64,000 bases of DNA from Lachnospiraceae bacterium (GTDB lineage: Bacteria > Bacillota > Clostridia > Lachnospirales > Lachnospiraceae). The stretch lies in NCBI GenBank assembly GCA_015056905.1, contig SVFI01000002.1, positions 68,758 to 132,757 on the forward strand, given 5' to 3'. Both the position numbers and the translations under genes were made by a program. Every line of letters begins with the position of its first letter. The stretch's first letter is position 1. Below are positions 25,833 to 33,662 of this stretch, in pieces. The notes under the pieces are model-generated. The model was not told where the DNA came from. It was given only the letters and a program-made list of their open reading frames with translations, and did no database searches.

Positions 25833-25862
25833 TTGACCGCGCACAGACAAAAATGCAAAAAT
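25833..25862 (+). promoter_or_regulatory. Weak candidate promoter for the small zinc-ribbon gene
   Basis: The sequence reads TTGACC (25833-25838) - 18 nt - TGcAAAAAT (hexamer 25857-25862). It is followed by GGAG (25881-25884) and then ATG 25894. Confidence 0.3.
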
Positions 25863-25893
25863 AGTTTCAACATCCCCAAAGGAGAAAAATGTC

Positions 25894-26079
25894 ATGATGT
25901 ACATTCATTATTGCTGCAAATGCGACACCATACGAATGATGAGCGGGCACAAACCTCTCTGCCCGGCGTGCGGGCATCCGCTACGCGAGCTGAAAACTTC
26001 ATTTGCACAATACACTTCTCTTTCACAGAAAGACCGCAACCTTCTGCTCACAAAAATCCGTGAAACCCCGTTGCAATAA
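25894..26079 (+). CDS. Small (61 aa) zinc-ribbon protein, function unknown
   Basis: The sequence is MMYIHYCCKCDTIRMMSGHKPLCPACGH..., giving CxxC-x13-CxxC. A good RBS (AAAGGAG) lies 9 nt upstream. It is the lone plus-strand gene between two minus-strand arrays. A weak hairpin (26066-26088) spans its stop. Confidence 0.55.
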   Translation: MMYIHYCCKCDTIRMMSGHKPLCPACGHPLRELKTSFAQYTSLSQKDRNLLLTKIRETPLQ

Positions 26080-26110
26080 CTTACGGGGCATCCGCTGAAT
26101 TTTATGGCTA

Positions 26111-27724
26111 TTATTCCGTCTTTTTCCGAATTTGATACTCTCCGAGTGCCATAAACAGGAAAACAAACGGAGTACAAAGCACCTGCTGATAGCAGAACAG
26201 GTTGTGCGCCATATAGGCTGCGATACACGCAGCAAATCCAATCAGCACCGGTTTCTTATCACATTTCTTCACAAAACGCACCAGTGCCGAAACAAAAATT
26301 CCGAGATATGCAATACCTCCGAAAAATCCCATGTTAACAAACATATTAAACCACTCGTTGTGAGCGTTATTCAGGATAGCTCCGTTCCATCGTGTTTGAA
26401 TCAATTCATTATAGAGGCCATGACCATACAGCGCATAGCAATCCGGTCCCACGCCGAGAAGTTTATTCTTCCAATTCATCTCATCAAGCATTTTTACCGT
26501 AAACGACCATGTAAATCCACGTCCGTTACCCCATGTATCATTCCACTGCAGATAAGAACTATTTTGTGCAAATGCCGCAATTTTCTCCGTCAACCATCCA
26601 TTTGAACTTCCTATCAGAATCAAAATCCATCCCGCAAGGCCTGCTGCCACGAAACCATAAACCACATTGCGAATATTCTTCATGATGCACACAGAATACA
26701 TTTGTTTTTTTTCTAAAACAATAAAAATTACAATAAGCAGTACGCAAGCAACCGCCAAATACCACATCCATGGGTCAACTATAATGGAAGTACTGATTTT
26801 ATCCCATTGCATAAATGTATTGGGATGCATTTTAAAAAGTGCATAAAAAACCTTCGGCGCAAGCGAAAACAACAATAATGTTTCAAAAAAACGCCTCATC
26901 ATTCTCGCATCTTTTACAGAAACATGCAAAAGTAAAAGAAATGATACAAACGCTCCTCCAAAAGCACTGTCTGTATTTTGTGTCACCAGAGTCATAAAGC
27001 CCACAAGCGAGAATAAACCGGCCATAACTCTCAGCACTTTATTATTAAAATACCAAAAAGCAAACATCCCCATAGGAAGCACTACTGCCACAAAACTCGA
27101 ATACCAGGACGCCTGCCCGAGTGTAGATAAAAATTCCGACTTATAACGAATAGAGAGTCCGCTGTACACTCCTATCGGGTCTATCTCCAATCTGTGCAGA
27201 ACTCCAATCGTAAACACATACATCGCCGTCGCGCAAAGCACGGTTACCACAAGCGGATAATCCTTTAAGAAACGCGAGAATACAAAATAAATCAGCACGA
27301 ACGTAAGCTGGGAAAACAGCCCCATATACCATCCGTCATATCCCCAGAACGCCTCTTTCATATAGCCGCTTGCAAAAAACGAAATCAAAACAAACACCAT
27401 GTAAGCAATCACGAACATATCCGTGGCAGACATACTTTTCCCCACAGACTTTATTCCCTGCAGCGTTATTCCCTTTTCCTTAACGGAAAACAATGCATAT
27501 AAAAGCAATAACAAAAGAAGCACAGGGAAACCAAACACAACAACATGGGCATATGCATCGTATTTGGCTACACCGATTTGGTAATAGCCGTCTTTCATGT
27601 AAAGAGGAACCGCCACCACGAACACAAGCGCCCACAGGGCACATAGATATTCCAGAAAACTGGTTACCACCAACTTACCTGTATTCTCTTTTTCTTTTTT
27701 TGCCTTTGCTAATTTTGCTGCCAT
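26111..27724 (-). CDS. O-antigen ligase / Wzy_C-family polytopic membrane protein
   Basis: 537 aa with 12 or more helices. The Wzy_C-like block is NNAHNEWFNMFVNMGFFGGIAYLGIF. Confidence 0.75.
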   Translation of the reverse strand: MAAKLAKAKKEKENTGKLVVTSFLEYLCALWALVFVVAVPLYMKDGYYQIGVAKYDAYAHVVVFGFPVLLLLLLLYALFSVKEKGITLQGIKSVGKSMSATDMFVIAYMVFVLISFFASGYMKEAFWGYDGWYMGLFSQLTFVLIYFVFSRFLKDYPLVVTVLCATAMYVFTIGVLHRLEIDPIGVYSGLSIRYKSEFLSTLGQASWYSSFVAVVLPMGMFAFWYFNNKVLRVMAGLFSLVGFMTLVTQNTDSAFGGAFVSFLLLLHVSVKDARMMRRFFETLLLFSLAPKVFYALFKMHPNTFMQWDKISTSIIVDPWMWYLAVACVLLIVIFIVLEKKQMYSVCIMKNIRNVVYGFVAAGLAGWILILIGSSNGWLTEKIAAFAQNSSYLQWNDTWGNGRGFTWSFTVKMLDEMNWKNKLLGVGPDCYALYGHGLYNELIQTRWNGAILNNAHNEWFNMFVNMGFFGGIAYLGIFVSALVRFVKKCDKKPVLIGFAACIAAYMAHNLFCYQQVLCTPFVFLFMALGEYQIRKKTE

Positions 27725-27748
27725 AGGTATCTCTTTTCTGATTCAATC

Positions 27749-30331
27749 TTATTTTTTTGCTTTCGCATAAACAACATCCGAGTAAGGTCCGTATACCTTT
27801 TTGCCTTTTATCGTACGATACGCCCTTACCTTGTAGTAGTACTTCTTACCTTTTTTGAGCGATTTATTTGTATAGCTGACCGTCTTTTTGGACGTGATCG
27901 TCTTTACTTTTTTATACGTACCGTTCTTCGATGTTGCTCGATAAACAACATATCCCGAAGCATTTGAAGTCTTTTTCCATGTAATCTTAATTTTCTTACC
28001 GCTGTACGCTTTCGCTTTCGCACCGGAAACCTTCTTCGGCCCGCATGTTTTTACCGTAGAAAATGCGCCGTATACTTTCTTTCCGGAAATCGTTTTGTAA
28101 GCCCGCACTTTGTAGTAGTACGGCTTTGAACCGGTATTGGCTACCAATGTAACTGTTGTGGTCGCCCCACTCTTAATTGTCTTTGCTTTTTTATAAGTTC
28201 CTTTTTCAGATGTCGCCCGGTATACCTGATACCCCTCAGCACCCGTCACCTTTTTCCACTTCAACTTCGCTTTTCCGCTGCTCGTAAGAGAAACAGAAGA
28301 AAGCGTTGTTTTACCCGGCTTTTCGATCACAACCTCATCCCGGTTCCCGCTTACTGCATCAGCTGCCTTTACAGTTACAACGCAAGACGCCGCAACATTG
28401 CCATTGCTGACAGTTATCGTTGTCTGACCGGCCTTTCTTCCCTGCACCAGACCTTCCCCCGATACCGTTGCAACGCTCGCATCCGCCGTCGTCCAATATT
28501 GTCCGAAATTATCTATCACACCGGTACTGGACGGTGTTGCAGTCTGCGTCGCCGCAAGCTGCGCACTCTCTCCTACTTTTATTTCTATGTTCCCTTTGTT
28601 GAGCGTAAATCCTTGAAGTACAGACGGCTGATATTCAGCTGCATCGTCACTGTATGCTTTAATGCGCAACACATAATTATAATCCGCCAAATCATACCAG
28701 TACCCGCTCGAAGAGCTATACATACTCACATCCTGATTTTCATAGGTAGAAAATGTCACAGGCGACCATCCGTTCACCGAATCATAGCTTATATACAAGT
28801 CTGTCTCTTCTTCAAAACGGAACACGACCGAAAACTGACTTCCGTCTGCCAAATAAACATCCTTTGTGAGCGGAATCGTATGATATCCCGGATACTCCAA
28901 ATAAAATTTTTGGCTGTGTACGGGATCTCCCTGCGTCGGGTCGCCCGAAGTATTGATCAGATTTCTGTAAATTTCTACCGTACCGGTTGCATGACTCTGC
29001 GCCACTCCGATACCGACACCGCGAAGCACATCCCATTTGCCGTCGCCGTCTCCGGCTACAAAGCGGTTGGAAACCTCACGTAAACCAATATATCCGCCAC
29101 TGCTGTCACCGTCATACTGATAAATGTGATCATAATTATCGGCCGGCTCGGCATCAAACACATAGGCATATCTCATAGTATTGCCGCTGCCGCTTGCATA
29201 CGGATTAATGGAAGCATCATAATAGGACAGCCAGAAATAACCATATTGCGCACTGTATGCAGACTCATTTCCCCAGCTGTTTTTAATAAGCCAAGCACCG
29301 TCTCCCGGTGCCTCCTCTTTAAAATTTCCTTTCGGGAACTCATCATCCCATCCGACCACCTGTACCGCATGGTTTGTTCCCGTTATATCCGGATTGTAAT
29401 AACAGCCATACCCGCCGTCTTGATTTTTTTCATAAATATCGTCCGAATAATAGCTCATTCCAAGCGCACCGCATTTCATAATCATCTCTTTGACTGCCGG
29501 TTCCGCTTTGCCGTCCTCCATGTCACCAAGTGCAATTTTATATACATTCTGCACATGGCAGGCATCTTTTCCATACGCCATTTCTGTAGAGTGAGTCAGA
29601 CTGAGACCTCCTGTTAAATCCGTCGTTTCCGACTCCAGTTCGTCATAAGGGGCAAGACTCTCTGCCACCGGTCCGCACCAACTTGCAAGAAGCCACATCG
29701 ACCACGCATTGTTTCCACCATACATCAGATATGGCTCTACATCCGCATAACTTTCATCCAGATATGTATAATCCCCGTAAGTTCCGCCCTTTTGGTCGCC
29801 TGTCTCACCTTTGTTATACATATAATAAGCCAAATGGCGTTCCGATAAATCAATACTGCCCGTAGCCATTCCTTTGCGGATTAAAGATGCCTCAACAGCC
29901 CCGATTGCCGAATGAGCCCAGCAGGTACCATAAGGATTTTGATTTCTGAATCCATCCGGAAGATAACTTACAATTTCATCCCCCACTGCAACCGCATTGG
30001 AAGTATAGGACGAAGGCAAATCAATCGCCGTTTCCGCCGTTTCGGTCCTCCCTCCAACCGAAAACATCGAGATAGGATTCGGATATCTATCCTCTTCCAA
30101 CGTTTCATCCAAATCAATATAACTGTTATAATATATCTCATTGCCGGATACAGCTACTGTGACATTCTCCGAGGAATTGCCCTGTATATCGCATACCTGC
30201 ACCTGTGGTATATCCACTTCCGGCGACGCTGTTTCCGTCGCATTTGTGCGCAAACTGTCCATCGGAGAAAGTATCCCCGCCACCAGCACCGCACACAATA
30301 CAATAGTTAAAATCCTTCTTTTCATCTGCAA
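27749..30331 (-). CDS. Secreted papain-family (C1) cysteine peptidase with a Big_2 domain and two basic Fn3-like C-terminal repeats
   Basis: It has a signal peptide (MQMKRRILTIVLCAVLVAGILS). The catalytic triad blocks are QNPYGTCWAHSA (Cys137), TNHAVQVVGWDD (His) and WLIKNSWG (Asn). The Big_2-like segment is ATVSGEGLVQGRKAGQTTITVS. Two repeats of about 85 aa end in YYYKVRAY. Confidence 0.85.
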   Translation of the reverse strand: MQMKRRILTIVLCAVLVAGILSPMDSLRTNATETASPEVDIPQVQVCDIQGNSSENVTVAVSGNEIYYNSYIDLDETLEEDRYPNPISMFSVGGRTETAETAIDLPSSYTSNAVAVGDEIVSYLPDGFRNQNPYGTCWAHSAIGAVEASLIRKGMATGSIDLSERHLAYYMYNKGETGDQKGGTYGDYTYLDESYADVEPYLMYGGNNAWSMWLLASWCGPVAESLAPYDELESETTDLTGGLSLTHSTEMAYGKDACHVQNVYKIALGDMEDGKAEPAVKEMIMKCGALGMSYYSDDIYEKNQDGGYGCYYNPDITGTNHAVQVVGWDDEFPKGNFKEEAPGDGAWLIKNSWGNESAYSAQYGYFWLSYYDASINPYASGSGNTMRYAYVFDAEPADNYDHIYQYDGDSSGGYIGLREVSNRFVAGDGDGKWDVLRGVGIGVAQSHATGTVEIYRNLINTSGDPTQGDPVHSQKFYLEYPGYHTIPLTKDVYLADGSQFSVVFRFEEETDLYISYDSVNGWSPVTFSTYENQDVSMYSSSSGYWYDLADYNYVLRIKAYSDDAAEYQPSVLQGFTLNKGNIEIKVGESAQLAATQTATPSSTGVIDNFGQYWTTADASVATVSGEGLVQGRKAGQTTITVSNGNVAASCVVTVKAADAVSGNRDEVVIEKPGKTTLSSVSLTSSGKAKLKWKKVTGAEGYQVYRATSEKGTYKKAKTIKSGATTTVTLVANTGSKPYYYKVRAYKTISGKKVYGAFSTVKTCGPKKVSGAKAKAYSGKKIKITWKKTSNASGYVVYRATSKNGTYKKVKTITSKKTVSYTNKSLKKGKKYYYKVRAYRTIKGKKVYGPYSDVVYAKAKK

Positions 30332-30340
30332 TCCTCTCCT

Positions 30341-32818
30341 CTAATCCTGTTTCAGTATCATCTCAAGCACTCTCTTGGCGCATGTATATATCTCCTCTTT
30401 TGTGACAGCACCTTTTTCATATGCCTCCAAAACACGGTCCGTATATCCGTTCATCATCTTGATGTCATTTCCCGCCTTGATTTCCAGATACTGCTCACTG
30501 TGATTCCACCAGTCGGACGTTACCAGCCCTTCAAATCCCCACTCATCGCGAAGAATGCCCGTCAGAAGCTCTTTGTTCTCAGACGCCTTCACACCATTCA
30601 CCACATTGTAGGACGACATAATTGTCCAAGGTTGAGACTCTTTGACAATGATTTCAAATGCTTTCAGATAAATCTCGCGGAGCGCGCGTTCCGAAACAAT
30701 CGAATCACTCTCTTTCCGGTTGGTCTCTTTATTATTACAAGCAAAGTGCTTCACACTGGCACCGATGTGCTGCGACTGCATACCACGCACCATCGCCGCT
30801 CCCATTTTTCCGCTCAGGTACGGGTCTTCTGAATAATATTCAAAATTTCTTCCGCACAACGGACTTCTATGGATATTGACCGCCGGTGTCAGCCATAGAC
30901 CGATATTATTTTCTTTTACTTCTTTTGCACCTGCAATTCCGACCTGCTCAATCAGTTCCAAATTCCATGTCGATGCCAAAAGCGTTGCACACGGAAACGC
31001 CGTTGTCGGAATACAGCACTCCTCATGAATACGCAGCCCCGCCGGTCCGTCCGCCGTATTGATGGTCGGAACGCCATACTTATCCAGCGCCCCCATGGAA
31101 CCCGTATTTGTCACTCCGGTTCCTCTATGACCGTTCGTAAGATAAATCAATTCTTCAAGCGAAAGTTGCGCCATAAATTCATCGAGCGACATTTTTCCCT
31201 GTGCCACCTCTATCAGTTTACGCTCCGGGTATTCCTCCCACCACAATCTCTGCGCAAGCGGCTGAGCTACAACATCCGGAATCACAGCTTCAAATTCACT
31301 GACATCCTGACGTTTCAAAACGCATGTATCCTCCGGATAGTCTTCTGCATCGTATATTTCATAACTGCCGTCTGCCAGCATTCTTTTTTGCAACTTATAC
31401 GGTCTGCACTTCTCGGAAAGTTGCTCTGCAACAACTGCGCCTCCCGAAATATCGTAAGTCAGCACTCCCACTGCATCTCTGACATTGTCACCGAGATAAA
31501 TATGGTACGAGCCTTCCTCCAACACGTAAGCGGATTTGCATACCTTTCCTTCATCATCGTAAGACGCCATCTGCGCCACCAAAAGTTCCATTGTGACCCG
31601 CTGCGTCTCTCCCGGCATAAGTTCTCTTGTTTTCACAAAACTACCGAGCTGCTTTGCAGGCTTTCCCAGTTTCCCCTGCGGTGCTCCGTAATAGAGCTGA
31701 AGCACTTCTTTTCCGGCGCAATTTCCGGTATTGGTCACATCCGCAGACACGTAAATGACGTCTGCAGCAACTTCTGCTTCCGTCAATTCCTTATCATCTT
31801 CCCCATCAAGGGCCCTTGTAATCTCCACATGTGAAATATCAAATGTTGTATAAGAAAGCCCGTAGCCAAACGGGTAATTTACTTTCTCCCGCGCACCCTC
31901 CATCGTCTCAAAATAACGATAACCGACATAAATATCCTCCGTATACTCAGCGTAGTTCACGGACGTATGGAAGTCCGCCGTGGACGGATAATCCGTTATC
32001 GCTTTTGCATAAGTATCTGTCAGTCGTCCGCTCGGGCAAACCGTTCCGCAAAGAATATCTGCCATTGCAAGTCCGCCTTCCATTCCCGCCTGCATCGCAA
32101 GCAGCACGGACGCGATGTCATCATCCTGTGCAAACCACGCTGTATCTACCATTCCGCCGACGTTTAACACAACAATAACCTTTGCAAAATTCTGTTTCAC
32201 AAGTCGGACCATATCCTCTTCCTGTGTTGTCAGATAAAAATCGCCTTTGTCAAAAATCGCATCACTTTTCTCTATAAATTCTTTCGATGAAAGCAGGCAA
32301 TCTCCCGCATCAATCTTCTCGAGCTTTCTGTCCCAGTCCTCTCCGGAATATCGGCAGATGCTGATAATTGCGGTATCTGTAAACGCTTTTGCACCGGAAA
32401 GAAGCTGTTGCGGAACTTCCGGCTCCACGGTCATCCCCGGCACTGCCCCCTGCTCGTACTGACGTTTCATCTCTTTTTCATAAAACAGGGCAAGTTCATC
32501 AAACACCTGTATCTTACCGGCCTTTTCATACTCCTTCAATCCTTCATACAGATTGCGCGTATAAGCAACCGTCACATCACCGCTGCCGCCGCCGCCTTTG
32601 ACATAATCAATACATCCCTTTCCAAACAGCGCAACCTTTTCTCCTAACGCAAGCGGAAGCACATCATCTTCATTTTTAAGCAGAATCATACCTTCTGTCG
32701 CCGCATATCTTGAAAGCGCGATATGTTTCTTACATCCTGTCACTCTCTGTCCGTTTTCGCCCAAACCGATGGCCGGCTGGTACATTGCTCTAACCCATTT
32801 CTGCATACCTTTCTCCAT
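30341..32818 (-). CDS. Glycoside hydrolase family 3 (beta-glucosidase-like), domain-permuted, no signal peptide
   Basis: GH3 catalytic-barrel blocks lie at the C-terminus: HRSPLCGRNFEYYSEDPYL, KHFACNN and GLVTSDWW (Asp769). The alpha/beta-sandwich domain (GGGSGDV) and the Fn3-like domain (VLQLYYGAP...) lie at the N-terminus. Confidence 0.9.
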   Translation of the reverse strand: MEKGMQKWVRAMYQPAIGLGENGQRVTGCKKHIALSRYAATEGMILLKNEDDVLPLALGEKVALFGKGCIDYVKGGGGSGDVTVAYTRNLYEGLKEYEKAGKIQVFDELALFYEKEMKRQYEQGAVPGMTVEPEVPQQLLSGAKAFTDTAIISICRYSGEDWDRKLEKIDAGDCLLSSKEFIEKSDAIFDKGDFYLTTQEEDMVRLVKQNFAKVIVVLNVGGMVDTAWFAQDDDIASVLLAMQAGMEGGLAMADILCGTVCPSGRLTDTYAKAITDYPSTADFHTSVNYAEYTEDIYVGYRYFETMEGAREKVNYPFGYGLSYTTFDISHVEITRALDGEDDKELTEAEVAADVIYVSADVTNTGNCAGKEVLQLYYGAPQGKLGKPAKQLGSFVKTRELMPGETQRVTMELLVAQMASYDDEGKVCKSAYVLEEGSYHIYLGDNVRDAVGVLTYDISGGAVVAEQLSEKCRPYKLQKRMLADGSYEIYDAEDYPEDTCVLKRQDVSEFEAVIPDVVAQPLAQRLWWEEYPERKLIEVAQGKMSLDEFMAQLSLEELIYLTNGHRGTGVTNTGSMGALDKYGVPTINTADGPAGLRIHEECCIPTTAFPCATLLASTWNLELIEQVGIAGAKEVKENNIGLWLTPAVNIHRSPLCGRNFEYYSEDPYLSGKMGAAMVRGMQSQHIGASVKHFACNNKETNRKESDSIVSERALREIYLKAFEIIVKESQPWTIMSSYNVVNGVKASENKELLTGILRDEWGFEGLVTSDWWNHSEQYLEIKAGNDIKMMNGYTDRVLEAYEKGAVTKEEIYTCAKRVLEMILKQD

Positions 32819-32846
32819 TCCTCGCTATTTAAGCGACCTGATTGTT

Positions 32847-33662
32847 TTATTTCATGTTTCGCATAGCATCTACGAAATGCTTGTAACCCTCATGCTTTGG
32901 CGCTCTCTCTTCCTCAGGCGGCAGACAGTTGTAATCGCCATAGAGTTTCGTCAGATACTCCTCTTCTTTCCCCGGAATCGGCAAACTATGCCCTTCAAAC
33001 AACACTCTCTGATATGGCACAAGCAGCTCGCGTTTCATCACTTCGTTGCGGTATCCCGCCAGACCAAACAAACTGCATACCTCTTCCGTTCTGTCTGCAT
33101 TATGTGCAGTGATAATCTTACAACTTATCTTGGCATAAACATCGAACATCTTATCCGATGTTGTCTTCACCAGCAGTTTCGATATGACATGCGCCGCCCT
33201 GCCCTTATTTTTGGTCGGATGTCGATACACTGCCATATAATGCACAATACTGAAAAATCTCTGGATTTTCCGCTTCCACGCAGCTTTCGGCAATCCGTCA
33301 ATCGGATGAATATCCAGCTTCGGCGCATCCGCCGCATCATAGTCCCCCTGCGGCAGATAAAGAAGATGTCCGATCGGCGCATCCGCAACCACCTGCCCGA
33401 TAACCGGTGAGTATATGTAGGGGCCAATCTTATTTCCATTCTGTGCCAGCAGCTTTTCCATGCGCTCAAAGTCCGGACGAAGCATCGCCAAATCGATGTC
33501 GTCATCCCACGGAATAAATCCCCCATGTCGAACCGCACCGAGCGCCGAACCGCCGGCCAGAAAATAGCCAAGGCCATTCTCCACACAGAACGCATTAAAT
33601 GCAAGCATCATATTTAACAAATAAGACTGGTATTCCTTTAATCTCTCATCCATTTTCAACAC
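32847..33662 (-). CDS. LicD-family phosphotransferase
   Basis: Motifs are FLAGGSALGAVRHGGFIPWDDDIDLAM and C-terminal YLTKLYGDYNCLPPEE. The start overlaps the YfhO stop by 17 nt. Confidence 0.85.
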   Translation of the reverse strand: MLKMDERLKEYQSYLLNMMLAFNAFCVENGLGYFLAGGSALGAVRHGGFIPWDDDIDLAMLRPDFERMEKLLAQNGNKIGPYIYSPVIGQVVADAPIGHLLYLPQGDYDAADAPKLDIHPIDGLPKAAWKRKIQRFFSIVHYMAVYRHPTKNKGRAAHVISKLLVKTTSDKMFDVYAKISCKIITAHNADRTEEVCSLFGLAGYRNEVMKRELLVPYQRVLFEGHSLPIPGKEEEYLTKLYGDYNCLPPEEERAPKHEGYKHFVDAMRNMK

